64,000 nt of DNA from an uncultured virus (IMG/VR IMGVR_UViG_3300035670_000148) (IMGVR_UViG_3300035670_000148); one strand, 5' to 3'; positions 19,097 to 28,704 are shown, counted from the stretch's first letter. Program-made: numbers and translations. The notes: generated by a model from the letters alone, not told the origin.

Positions 19097-20905
19097 ATGA
19101 CTATGTCCAAGTATTTCTACAAAGTAGCCCTTAGAAAAGGGCAAAAAATTTATAAAAACTACGACAAAGAATTTGATAGTAGAGACTCTTTCGTCTCTGC
19201 CGCGCGCGTTGATTACCTCCGTCTTATTGATACACTTTCTCGCAAATATAACGACCCTGATTTATCCGTATCTGATGTCGTTACCCAACTTTTGGGAGAG
19301 AAGGAACTCAGTACTTTTATAGCAAGAAATATAATCAGTACTCACTATTCAGACTCTGAGCGGAGTTCAAAGGTGTCTAGTGTTTTAGGGGTGACTGCCT
19401 CTGCCCTCATTGACGCAAGCAAGCGAGAAACCGCACGCTCTGTTGTAGAGGGACTTCTTGTTTCTAAGTACAACAAAGATGTGGTGACTCCCCTTCAAGA
19501 GAACATCCTTCGTGCGCTTCCTCCTCAGATTGTTAAAGAACTCCCACAAAACATTATTATTGATGCCGATGCAGACGGGACAATCACCCAAATAAACGAT
19601 AAGCTAGTAAATAAGGGAAGGACACTACTAGAAAAAGCTAATCGTATGAAGAGACTTATAGAGGAATATAATGAAGTCGTTGATCAAGTTAAAGCCGACT
19701 TGAAGTCTCCTCAAGAGATTATCAGAATCTCTGCTATTCTCACTTCTATCATCATGGAAACAGGTATTCGCCCCGGCAGACCCGGACAAAAGGCTGTCGT
19801 AAAAGATAGTGAGGTGGAGACATTCGGAGTCTCTACCTTCACACCCAAGCACATCAAATTTCTAACTGATGTCGCTGAATTAGAGTTCGTAGGCAAGCGA
19901 GGTAAGACAAACTTAGCCGAGTTGAAAGACGCTGAGGTAATCAGTCTTCTTCAAGACTATGTGGATAAAGCAAAAGGTAGGAGTGCAGACCAACCACAAG
20001 TCTTTAGAGATAAACATGGAACTCTCTATCGTTATGAGACTCTCATGTGGTACATGAAGAATAAACTCAAAGGATTCACCCCTTCGGACTTCAGACGACT
20101 AAAAGCAAGTCGAGAAGCATACGCGCAGTTAAAACAAGAATATGCCTTCTTAAAGGAACAAATCGAAAAAGATGTAGATGTGACAGCAGAGAATGCAAAA
20201 GAGAAAGTTGCGAGTCTTGTCGCTTCCAGCATTAACTACTCTATCAAGCAAGCAAGAAAAGCCTTAAGCCATGAGCCTAGCTCCGCAGCTATCTACGCTT
20301 ATGTGACACCAAGTATTGTAATGCAGTTCATCAATAATAATATGAAAGATACTTTTGAAGAGTCTATCCTTCAAGGCGAATCAAAGCTCAGTTTTGATGT
20401 TCAGAAATTCATGGCAGATATAAAATCTAAAACGCCTGCTCAGGCAGAGACTCCCGTTGAGAAACAACCTACTTTGAGAGATGTTCAGAAGGAAACTGTA
20501 GCAGTGATGAAGACTCAAGTTGCTGACGCTACGAGTCGTGCTGAAGCGGTTCTCTCTCAGCCAGACGCTCCCGCTCCTTCTCCCGCTCCTTCTCCCGATC
20601 CTGTATTACCTGAGTCATCACCAAAAAATATCAGAGCACAAATCAAAGAACTTGAAGAACTCCTAGGGTATGGTCGTAAAGACATTAACGATGTTAAGGA
20701 TAGCCTTAATGACGCATATGACTTAAATGAATACTTGGAACGCTTAAAAGAGCTCTATGAAGATAAGCTAATAGAGGATGAGAAGCGAAGGTCTAGACTG
20801 AAAGCCCCACCAGCGCCACCTGCCCCTCCTCCTCCTCCAGCCCCTCCCGCCTCGACAGAGGAAGACGATGATGAGCTGGATTTAGAGGAATTTGATGAGG
20901 GGTAA
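19097..20905 (+). CDS. Type IB DNA topoisomerase with N-terminal extension and Pro-rich/acidic tail
   Basis: Collinear with the poxvirus/bacterial TopIB catalytic domain: 'IMETGIRPG' (Arg), 'TFGVSTFTPKHI', 'LEFVGKRG' (Lys), 'FTPSDFRR' (Arg), 'ALSHEPSSAAIYAYV' (His, Tyr). Confidence 0.85.
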   Translation: MTMSKYFYKVALRKGQKIYKNYDKEFDSRDSFVSAARVDYLRLIDTLSRKYNDPDLSVSDVVTQLLGEKELSTFIARNIISTHYSDSERSSKVSSVLGVTASALIDASKRETARSVVEGLLVSKYNKDVVTPLQENILRALPPQIVKELPQNIIIDADADGTITQINDKLVNKGRTLLEKANRMKRLIEEYNEVVDQVKADLKSPQEIIRISAILTSIIMETGIRPGRPGQKAVVKDSEVETFGVSTFTPKHIKFLTDVAELEFVGKRGKTNLAELKDAEVISLLQDYVDKAKGRSADQPQVFRDKHGTLYRYETLMWYMKNKLKGFTPSDFRRLKASREAYAQLKQEYAFLKEQIEKDVDVTAENAKEKVASLVASSINYSIKQARKALSHEPSSAAIYAYVTPSIVMQFINNNMKDTFEESILQGESKLSFDVQKFMADIKSKTPAQAETPVEKQPTLRDVQKETVAVMKTQVADATSRAEAVLSQPDAPAPSPAPSPDPVLPESSPKNIRAQIKELEELLGYGRKDINDVKDSLNDAYDLNEYLERLKELYEDKLIEDEKRRSRLKAPPAPPAPPPPPAPPASTEEDDDELDLEEFDEG

Positions 20906-20955
20906 GATATAAAAAAGAGACGAATTTGATGAGCGGTAAGATATAAAAAGGAGAC
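20888..20955 (+). repeat. 34-bp tandem duplication (2 mismatches)
   Basis: GAATTTGATGAGGGGTAAGATATAAAAAAGAGAC followed by GAATTTGATGAGCGGTAAGATATAAAAAGGAGAC. Confidence 0.95.
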
Positions 20956-20958
20956 CCT

Positions 20959-21531
20959 ATGAGTAATGAATTTGGCGGAAAGAACCCTTATTCTTTATAT
21001 GTTCCAATATCGGATATTGAACAAGATTTTATATCTAGATTGGTTGAGAAAAATGATGTCTGTGTGATAATCCATGAGTGGGGCTTTGTTGAAAACCCCC
21101 GACTCACATTTGGAGATAAAAACCTCCATGTTGGTTTTAAGATGGTCTTTGATAGACCTGAGTTCCCTATGCCTGTTCACTTCTTTGACTTAGAGTTGAA
21201 GACTCGTAGCGGTATCTGTCTTTTTAGACAGAAGATGAGTACTGAATATGGAGGAGAACCTCTAAGAGTAGCTCAAGGCGTTGAACTAGATATGGTGTGG
21301 GATATAGCTATCAAAAATATAGACCCCGCGTTAATCAAGACTCTTATGCCACACACACTAGGTTTGACCTCTAGACTTCAAGATACGACTTCGCAAGAGA
21401 TTACAGTATTTGGAAATATGTCTCTTACGCAAGCTCAGAAAAATAAGCTACTCGACCTAAATCGAAGAGAGAAGAGTATGCCTTTTATTGCAGCTAAGTT
21501 AAGAGAAGAAGCTCGCAAGAGCAAGAAATAA
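20959..21531 (+). CDS. Hypothetical protein
   Basis: 190-aa ORF, SD AAGGAG. Confidence 0.65.
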   Translation: MSNEFGGKNPYSLYVPISDIEQDFISRLVEKNDVCVIIHEWGFVENPRLTFGDKNLHVGFKMVFDRPEFPMPVHFFDLELKTRSGICLFRQKMSTEYGGEPLRVAQGVELDMVWDIAIKNIDPALIKTLMPHTLGLTSRLQDTTSQEITVFGNMSLTQAQKNKLLDLNRREKSMPFIAAKLREEARKSKK

Positions 21532-21960
21532 TCATATTTCTCTAACGATATAATAACCCTCAGTCCAAGCACTAATCAAGATACGAACGGGTGCAGGTAT
21601 TTCAGAATAGATTGAGAAGCACTCAGGTAAGTTTTTAGATTCGATTGTGCAGGTGTTGGGTTTAAAACTCACGCAGTTATTTCTATCTGAGCAGATTTTA
21701 GGGAGAGGGGCTTTTTTTAAGCACCCTTTTGGGTCTCTTAAACCGATTTTCATAAGAGGTGTACAATCACCCATATACGCGCGCTCTAAAATATCTAATG
21801 GGACTGCGTCAATAAACTTTGCCCACACAGAGTCGGAGATAGAAATAAAATCCCCCCATGAGCCATTTATTTCTGAACTGACAATCTTAGCGACCTTTGT
21901 ATCTCCCCATGAGGGGTCTTTTATTTGGGCAAAGATCAACCCATCTCTTCGATACATCAA
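21532..21960 (-). CDS. Hypothetical Cys-rich protein
   Basis: 142-aa ORF with six Cys in the C-terminal half; coupled to the upstream gene. Confidence 0.6.
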   Translation of the reverse strand: MMYRRDGLIFAQIKDPSWGDTKVAKIVSSEINGSWGDFISISDSVWAKFIDAVPLDILERAYMGDCTPLMKIGLRDPKGCLKKAPLPKICSDRNNCVSFKPNTCTIESKNLPECFSIYSEIPAPVRILISAWTEGYYIVREI

Positions 21961-22259
21961 TGGCGCACCGGCTTATTTTCTTCTAAAGCACGAACACACT
22001 CATTACAAACCACATCGTTAAAAGTAGCCTCTGAACTGAGGAACTCTAACGCAATCTCACTAGGACACGCCACAAACCCCACAACATCTACACCCTTTTC
22101 ATGCTCATAAGAAATAATCTTAAAATGGGGAAATACCTCTAAGACACCAATCCTTTGACCGAGAGTAATCCAGACTCTTAAAACATCTTCGGGCGATTGT
22201 GCTTCTTCAGCTATCTGTTTCAACATCCTCTCGAATATTTCTATCGCGCCCATTTTCAT
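21957..22259 (-). CDS. Hypothetical protein
   Basis: 100-aa ORF, SD GAGGA. Confidence 0.55.
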   Translation of the reverse strand: MKMGAIEIFERMLKQIAEEAQSPEDVLRVWITLGQRIGVLEVFPHFKIISYEHEKGVDVVGFVACPSEIALEFLSSEATFNDVVCNECVRALEENKPVRH

Positions 22260-22785
22260 ATTCCTCTTTTATACTAGGTATTTGTTCTAATAGTCGTTTC
22301 CATTGTGAGTCTGAAACCTCATCTCTTGAACACAACAGATCATACCCTTCCCAAAGTTTTAGTATTAAAGATAAACTAACCTGTCTCTGCTTTGTCAGAG
22401 CCCATAACCTCCCTCTGATTATTTTTGAAATATCGTGACTAGGTGTCTCTATTTCAGAGGGCGCTTCTATTTCTGGTTTTCTGGACTCCGAAACCCACAC
22501 CGCCAATCCGTATTTCTTTTCAAGAAGGAAACACGCTTTCCCAAACTCCACACCCTCTTTCTCCATAACAAGGGCGATACTATCTCTGGCTCGCCCACAA
22601 GCAAAGCAATAAAATGTGTTTGATTGAGGATACACTCTTGCAGAAGGTGCATTATCTGACCCATCTCCATGAAGGTCACAGCGGAACTGCTGTTCCCCTC
22701 CTATTTCTCTTACGCTATATCCATAATCAGAGAGAACGCGCTCTAAAGGTATCTTTTCTTTTATTCTCTTAGCGCGGTCACTCAT
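22207..22785 (-). CDS. Stand-alone CHC2 zinc-finger protein (DnaG primase Zn-binding domain)
   Basis: 'IKEKIPLERVL...FRCDLH...PSARVY....FYCFACGRARDSIALVMEKEGVEFGKACFLL' matches the zf-CHC2 pattern; no TOPRIM domain follows. Confidence 0.85.
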   Translation of the reverse strand: MSDRAKRIKEKIPLERVLSDYGYSVREIGGEQQFRCDLHGDGSDNAPSARVYPQSNTFYCFACGRARDSIALVMEKEGVEFGKACFLLEKKYGLAVWVSESRKPEIEAPSEIETPSHDISKIIRGRLWALTKQRQVSLSLILKLWEGYDLLCSRDEVSDSQWKRLLEQIPSIKEEYENGRDRNIREDVETDS

Positions 22786-22825
22786 TTTAACCCACCTCTC
22801 TAACCCCTACATATCAGACCCAATC

Positions 22826-23722
22826 TTACCCCAAGATACCGCTGTCTGCCACAACCTTCTTAACCTTCTCTTTCACGCGCCTAAGAATAGGAAGCTCCAT
22901 CTTCCAATCATCTGCCCACGCTTGGTCAGTCTCGTACATCTTCTGAGTAGGGTCTTTCTGAACAGACAACACATCCCACACCTTGCACCACATCTCACCC
23001 TCCTCATCTGTAGGAGCTGTCTCCAACAGCGTCTGAGACACCACTTCTCTGATATTTTCCATCAGAAGGTCTGTCTCTAAGGTAGAGACTTGAGAGGGTA
23101 CATACAGGTCTTGCGAAACCTCCTGCCCATCCTCATCCCTCTCAATCACTACAGAGGCTGAGTCGGGAGAGGTAAAGGTAAATGTACCCACTTTTCTCTC
23201 TTGTTGGGTTCTGTTCTTCTTGAAACGAGTTCGCGCATGAGCGTCTTGACCTTCTTTCTCTCTCGAACGCTGAACCCATTGCACAAACATCGTTGACTGA
23301 ACCCAATGAAACATCACCTTCTCTTGAGTTCTACCCTTCAACTTATCCTCTGCACACACCCAAGTCAGAAATGAATACACCAAGTCACGAGCGTCTGATT
23401 CTTGAGTTGAGGCACAACCCATGCGACTCACCAACCCCTTCTTTAAGGAATAAGAAATCAAACTCGCTGACCAAGTCTCCCAATTCTTAGCCTTATTCCC
23501 ATACATGAAAGTCATAGTCTCATTATAACGAGACTCCATCTCTCTCTTAGACTTACGGCTCTTACGCACAGGCTCTGAAATCGCTTTCTTCGACTCACTC
23601 TCCTCCATAAACATCTTGTTCAAATCACCCTCAAGCTCACTCGCCAACTGCGACTTCTCACTCTCCGTCAAGTAGCTCTGCAACTCCATCTCAAGGTCTG
23701 CAAAATCATCAAACTTACTCAT
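22826..23722 (-). CDS. Divergent sigma70/ECF-like factor (tentative)
   Basis: 'ESDARDLVYSFLTWV' resembles ECF region 2 (DAEDLVQE.FL); C-terminal 'ETDQAWADDWKMELPILRRVKEKVKK' resembles a region-4 HTH; SD GAGGAG. Confidence 0.45.
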   Translation of the reverse strand: MSKFDDFADLEMELQSYLTESEKSQLASELEGDLNKMFMEESESKKAISEPVRKSRKSKREMESRYNETMTFMYGNKAKNWETWSASLISYSLKKGLVSRMGCASTQESDARDLVYSFLTWVCAEDKLKGRTQEKVMFHWVQSTMFVQWVQRSREKEGQDAHARTRFKKNRTQQERKVGTFTFTSPDSASVVIERDEDGQEVSQDLYVPSQVSTLETDLLMENIREVVSQTLLETAPTDEEGEMWCKVWDVLSVQKDPTQKMYETDQAWADDWKMELPILRRVKEKVKKVVADSGILG

Positions 23723-23802
23723 CGGTTCTACTCCTCGTAAGGGTTAAGACTGAGCCGTTCTGTGTGCTGTACTACACCGACTCCGCCATCTCATCGCTCT
23801 AA

Positions 23803-23831
23803 GTTTTAGCACATGACCCCCTCCCTGTCAA
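23803..23831 (-). promoter_or_regulatory. sigma70-type (early) promoter for 22826..23722
   Basis: Minus strand TTGACA-N17-TAAAAC with TGn extended -10 and an AT-rich UP-like tract upstream (23843-23880). Confidence 0.7.
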
Positions 23832-23873
23832 GGGCGAGTGTGAAAAAACTTAGAAAAAAAATACTCTCAATAA

Positions 23874-23886
23874 AATCAATCACTTA
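23874..23886 (+). promoter_or_regulatory. IHF-binding consensus site
   Basis: AATCAA-TCAC-TTA matches WATCAANNNNTTR, preceded by A-tracts, in a divergent intergenic region. Confidence 0.5.
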
Positions 23887-23906
23887 GCACAAAACTCATG
23901 TGCGGT

Positions 23907-23919
23907 ATAGTTTATTTAT
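23907..23919 (+). promoter_or_regulatory. Putative late promoter, (A/T)TA-N5-T(T/C)TAT motif
   Basis: ATAGTTTATTTAT; the same motif recurs ahead of other virion genes (13878, 19062, 28658, 38108, 38893, and 56020-56032 on the minus strand). Confidence 0.55.
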
Positions 23920-23959
23920 AGTTCAGAGTGGTCAACGACTTGATGAAAGGCAGATACAT

Positions 23960-26900
23960 ATGTGGAGTATCCCCGAATCTCTAGATGCGCTTGTTATTGC
24001 GCGCACAATCATTCTCAACTCTTCTAAAATGAGAACCGCCAGCGAGCGTTCTCACTTTATGGGTATCGCGGAAAAAATGATCCGCACAGCTCGTCAATCT
24101 CTACGCTTAAAGAGAGCTGCTGATTTTGATGCTCAAGACGTTTACGACACCCTTTTGGGGTATTTAGAAGGGAATAATCGTACAAGCCTCGGAAGGCTTG
24201 TAGGCGGTCTGAGTTCATCTCAAGTGGACGCTCTTTTAGAGCTAGATCAAGCTAATCCCAGACTTACAGAGATTTTAAATGTAAAAAAACAGCAGCTTAG
24301 TGAAGGTGCCTATGATGACCCTGATGACCAGAGTTCATCTCATTACACTACTACATTAGAGAAAAAAGATGAAACTAAACAAATATCATACTTAGAAAAG
24401 TTAAATGAGGCTGAATTAGATAGTCTTTATCAATACTCAGAGTTAATGCAGAATGAAAGCCTCTCTTCTTTAATTGCAAATGTGCTTGCTCAAAAATCAT
24501 CTCGGAAAAAACGAGTCCGAACAGATAATGTTGCACCAAAAGGGACAAGTGGTGGTTATGTCCGTAACCCCCTGTCCTCAGGGGAACTTGACTTTAAGCA
24601 GTTCCAAGAAAATATTATGGACACAGCTTCATGGGCTTGGTCAAGCACTTGGCTCATGATGTGCGGATATAACTTTTATCTAGAGACCGAATCCCTAATA
24701 AAGAGAGAAAGTTTTGTAAAAAAAGATTTAAAGGTTGAGGCGTTCCTAGATGTTCTAGAGAATGAAACCCTTAATCTTTCCGATACCTTCTATTTAGGTA
24801 CGAAGCATGACAGCCAACGAGAAGGTTTTGATTCAGAAAATAGAAAAGACGACCTCAAAGACATTTTAATAAAGACCCGTAAAGCATTAGTTGGGGACAT
24901 TGCAGGAGTCAGTCGCAGATTTGGACCCTCTCGTAGTCCTAAAGAGGAGACAGCGGAGAAAGGGTCTCTCTCATATCTAGTGAGTACGCTCGCTAAGGGT
25001 ACAAGGGGCGACGATAAAGTAGGTTACTTAGGTCAATTTGATGCGTTTTGGGACTTATATGTAGAGTCGTTAACGGGAATTCCCGTTAAGGATACTGAAA
25101 CGGACTTTGAGGCTTTGGCTAGGAAAATTTATAGAACGAGTACAAAACTCAGACCGCACTCAGCCTTCTCTGAAATATATCGTGACTATGCGAGAATGTA
25201 CGCAAAGATAAGAATTGCGAAGGCTACGGGTAACTTTGATTACGAGAAGGGTCAGAACACCGTAACGGTAAGACACCGCAAGGCTTTAGCGACTTGTAAG
25301 TATTTACCCAATAAAATCGCTCAGGTCATGAAAAGATATGCAGAAGAATTTAATGGTCGTAAAACAGTCTTTATTGAAGACGCTGGTTCTAAGCAACTTG
25401 CAGGAGACCCTCTTGATGTTGATGGTGTGAGCGCGACTTTAGAGTCCGCACTTGAGGGCTACTCTGAACTACAAGACAAGGTACTAAGCCAAGCTGAAGA
25501 TATGGAATTTGTTGACGAAGAGGCGGAGGGGGCTCAAACCGCAGAGAGTCGTGCAAACCTGCCTACAATTTCTGAATTAGTTGAGAGCTACACTTCAGGA
25601 CCTAATGAAGAAACGGGTAAAGAAGCGGCACGACTGATTTTTGAGAATCTCTTAAATAATAGACTCCCTGAGAAACATATACGCTTCTTACTACAGAACC
25701 TCAACTTATTATCAAAAGATACGGACGACCAAGAAAAGGCTACTACGATTATATACTCTCGTTTGTTTGCGAGAGGATTCTTAACGCCTGCTGAGAAGAG
25801 CTTGCTTGAGCAGTCGGCTAATGATGAGAGAAGAGACTTTGAACGAAAAGTAAACGAGATTTATTATCAAAAAGTTACTGAGTCCAAAGACAGAACAAAA
25901 GATTGGTTTGAAGACATCTTAGTCACTTTATTTGCTGATGCAAATAAGTCTGCTGCATTTCAAGCAGCAAAGGAAGACCCCGCACGACAAGCCATTTTCG
26001 ATGTCCTACCCTCCGAAAAAATTAAGGAGGTGATCCGGAGGCGATTTGGGAAGGGCACTTTTAATGTTGATTTAATCCCTGAACTTGACTCGTTCCCTAC
26101 TTCCGTACCCCAAACCTTCTTTGAAGCTATACGAAAGATTAGCGATACCGAGCGTAGCAGAACTTTTACTAAAATCTATGATAATAACTCGGATGCTATG
26201 TTGAAGCTACTCCAAAAGGCTTCTAGACTTAGGTATCTAAGAACTTTATTATATAATATACCTGCTAAATATTCAGGCGATAAGAATAGGTTTCTTGTGA
26301 CTGAAATTCAAGAGTCTCGTTATTTGCTTAGTGACGCAGACCAAGTCTTGGTCAATGAATTTCAGGAAGTGAAACACCCTCTAAATAGCTTTAGAAGGGA
26401 TCAATATGAGTCTCTACATAAGTCAAGGCTAGATTCAGACGCATATAGTGCGTATCTTGCAAGTTTTCTAACAGAAGATAAGTTGAAGAGCCTCTTGGAG
26501 TCTGCTAAGAAGGATGATGGGGGGGTTGATTTAAATAAAATTGATTATCCCTCATTATTAAGCGATCCAGATTTGGTTGATTTAGTGCAGTCTGCGACAA
26601 ATAACTTTATAAAAGCGCATTATTCGTCTAGCTTCTTGAAGCGTTCTCGATTAAGACACCCTGATTTTATTAGGGCGGACAGAGTACTGAGGGCACTTTC
26701 TACAGAAAAAGAAAGTGATTCTGATGAGGATACTCAAACAGAGCCTTCTGGAGAAGTCAAAACAAGTCAGGAAGTGAAAAGCCTGAGAGAAGCAGCCTTA
26801 AAACAAGATGTTAGCATTCTCTTAGAGAGTAAAAATAAGGCAGTTTCTAACTATTTAGATTACTCTAAAGCGAGTAATATGGAACCCGCTCATCGCGACT

Positions 26901-28657
26901 TATTTCAGTCGCTCTCTGCCACAGGCGAGGGTCTTGAGGTAAACTCTGATTTGCCTCAGAAGTTTGAGGACTTGAAAGCCGAGACTATTAAGGGTAGGCA
27001 GTTTATATTGAAAGACCTTGAGCAAGGGAGAATTAAGAGAGCCCGTTCTTTACGTGAGAACATGAATCTTGATGCCAATCTCTATCAGGAAGTAGAGAAT
27101 GCTTATGTCATGTTCCATTTAGGGTCAGATGTGCGCGCTAGAGTTAAATTAAAAGTGTGGTCTGATTTTGCAGAACACATTAAAAAGCAAGAGGACAAAA
27201 TCAAAGAACTCGAAGATAGCCAAAACGAGGCTACGTTAGTTGAGCTAGAGGGTGGCTATCATGAGGAGCAAATAAAACTAAAGAGGCTCTATATCCAAAG
27301 GAAAGAGGATTTTAAAAGAAAACTTCTAGCTGCACGTAGAGAGCAAGCAACTCCGCAAGTTGCTTATCACCCTGTATTAGAGTCCAAATACGAGTTTGTA
27401 CGGAAAGAGGTTATTAAGCGGGTCGAGGATACAGTAAAGTTCGCAACTAAGAGCAGGAAGGATTCCACTGAGAAAGCATTAGCCGATTTGAACAAGCTAC
27501 GAGTTCAGTTTGGTGAAAAAGCAATCACAGATATGTTTAGGGATGCGCGTATTTTTGGTAGCCCGACTAATCAAACTGCATCTGCTTTTGTGAACTTCCT
27601 CAGAAATCAAGAGTTTCAAAGGGCGTTTGATTTCCCTGCTGGGGGAAATCTAGACGCACTCTGCGATTTCATCTTAGCTGCTTATTCTGGCGAATCGCTT
27701 TGTGTTTCTGTTACGGGTCAAACTTATACACCTTCAGGACTTTTCCAAAACTTTAACTTACAGGAAGAGATGACCGACTTCTTGAGAGGTTATTTCATCT
27801 ACCACTCATCACAACTTAATGATATAAACGCATCTCTTGAATTTAATCAACTCACAAGGGGTCAGGATACTATCCAAATCAGCGGCGTGATTCCCTTAAA
27901 ATGGAGGGCTACACTCCGTAAGCCCACATACACATTTATGGGAGACCACTTTAGAAATACAGATGTCTCAGGGTCTGCTCAGAAAATGAACACGACTTAT
28001 CGGTTAGCCTTATTAAGGCTAACCGAAGTGTTTATTTCTCCTGATTCCGAGTTAAAACAGGAGGTAAAGGGCATTTTTGAGGGTACTGCTGATACGAGAA
28101 ACCTTTATAGTAGGGCGGGAAGAGCTGTTAAGCAGCGCCTCGAAGAAGAAGAAAATACGCTTAGGAACTTCAAACATAGAGTAGATGTTTTGGGCTATGT
28201 GGGTGACAGAGCAATGGCTCCTGAAGCCGTTGCGACACAGGCTAGGAATATTATCTCTGAGTTAACCGCGAGGGGCGACTCAAAGCTAATTCATACCCTG
28301 TATAATACTTCCACACCAAATAGTCTCATTGAGTTAGACAATGCTTTATTAGATTACCGCTTCGCAGTAGGTTTCTTATCTCTAATTGATCCTGATGAAC
28401 TAGACCCCGAACCTCAGTCTCTGTATCTAGACCGCGCTCTATTAGCCATATCAAACCTACCTTTTAGTTCTTTGAATACTCTTGTCGGCAATATTGCAGC
28501 TGCGGGAGATGAGGCAGTTAAGAGATTTGCACAGGGTGAGGTAGCTGAAATTATTCTTATTGAAAGAAAAGGGGAGGATTGGAGAGCGCACTTTACGGGG
28601 GACGCTCTAGCTCTATTAGAGCACGCCGAACTAGTATTTAAGGCGGAGGGTCTTTAA
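23960..28657 (+). CDS. Very large helical orphan protein (1565 aa), probable internal virion protein
   Basis: ATG 23960 after AAAGG; late-type motif upstream; N-terminal RTA/RTA/KRA motifs; no recognised catalytic domain. Confidence 0.6.
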   Translation: MWSIPESLDALVIARTIILNSSKMRTASERSHFMGIAEKMIRTARQSLRLKRAADFDAQDVYDTLLGYLEGNNRTSLGRLVGGLSSSQVDALLELDQANPRLTEILNVKKQQLSEGAYDDPDDQSSSHYTTTLEKKDETKQISYLEKLNEAELDSLYQYSELMQNESLSSLIANVLAQKSSRKKRVRTDNVAPKGTSGGYVRNPLSSGELDFKQFQENIMDTASWAWSSTWLMMCGYNFYLETESLIKRESFVKKDLKVEAFLDVLENETLNLSDTFYLGTKHDSQREGFDSENRKDDLKDILIKTRKALVGDIAGVSRRFGPSRSPKEETAEKGSLSYLVSTLAKGTRGDDKVGYLGQFDAFWDLYVESLTGIPVKDTETDFEALARKIYRTSTKLRPHSAFSEIYRDYARMYAKIRIAKATGNFDYEKGQNTVTVRHRKALATCKYLPNKIAQVMKRYAEEFNGRKTVFIEDAGSKQLAGDPLDVDGVSATLESALEGYSELQDKVLSQAEDMEFVDEEAEGAQTAESRANLPTISELVESYTSGPNEETGKEAARLIFENLLNNRLPEKHIRFLLQNLNLLSKDTDDQEKATTIIYSRLFARGFLTPAEKSLLEQSANDERRDFERKVNEIYYQKVTESKDRTKDWFEDILVTLFADANKSAAFQAAKEDPARQAIFDVLPSEKIKEVIRRRFGKGTFNVDLIPELDSFPTSVPQTFFEAIRKISDTERSRTFTKIYDNNSDAMLKLLQKASRLRYLRTLLYNIPAKYSGDKNRFLVTEIQESRYLLSDADQVLVNEFQEVKHPLNSFRRDQYESLHKSRLDSDAYSAYLASFLTEDKLKSLLESAKKDDGGVDLNKIDYPSLLSDPDLVDLVQSATNNFIKAHYSSSFLKRSRLRHPDFIRADRVLRALSTEKESDSDEDTQTEPSGEVKTSQEVKSLREAALKQDVSILLESKNKAVSNYLDYSKASNMEPAHRDLFQSLSATGEGLEVNSDLPQKFEDLKAETIKGRQFILKDLEQGRIKRARSLRENMNLDANLYQEVENAYVMFHLGSDVRARVKLKVWSDFAEHIKKQEDKIKELEDSQNEATLVELEGGYHEEQIKLKRLYIQRKEDFKRKLLAARREQATPQVAYHPVLESKYEFVRKEVIKRVEDTVKFATKSRKDSTEKALADLNKLRVQFGEKAITDMFRDARIFGSPTNQTASAFVNFLRNQEFQRAFDFPAGGNLDALCDFILAAYSGESLCVSVTGQTYTPSGLFQNFNLQEEMTDFLRGYFIYHSSQLNDINASLEFNQLTRGQDTIQISGVIPLKWRATLRKPTYTFMGDHFRNTDVSGSAQKMNTTYRLALLRLTEVFISPDSELKQEVKGIFEGTADTRNLYSRAGRAVKQRLEEEENTLRNFKHRVDVLGYVGDRAMAPEAVATQARNIISELTARGDSKLIHTLYNTSTPNSLIELDNALLDYRFAVGFLSLIDPDELDPEPQSLYLDRALLAISNLPFSSLNTLVGNIAAAGDEAVKRFAQGEVAEIILIERKGEDWRAHFTGDALALLEHAELVFKAEGL

Positions 28658-28704
28658 GTAAATGATTTATCTGACCCCTACTAAGAAAAAGCAGGGAGTC
28701 AGAA

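Noticed and set aside
19097..20905. Integrase or protelomerase call for the tyrosine-active-site protein
   Set aside because: The motifs FVGK and T.G..T...KHI and their spacing follow TopIB; the integrase HxxR box is absent.
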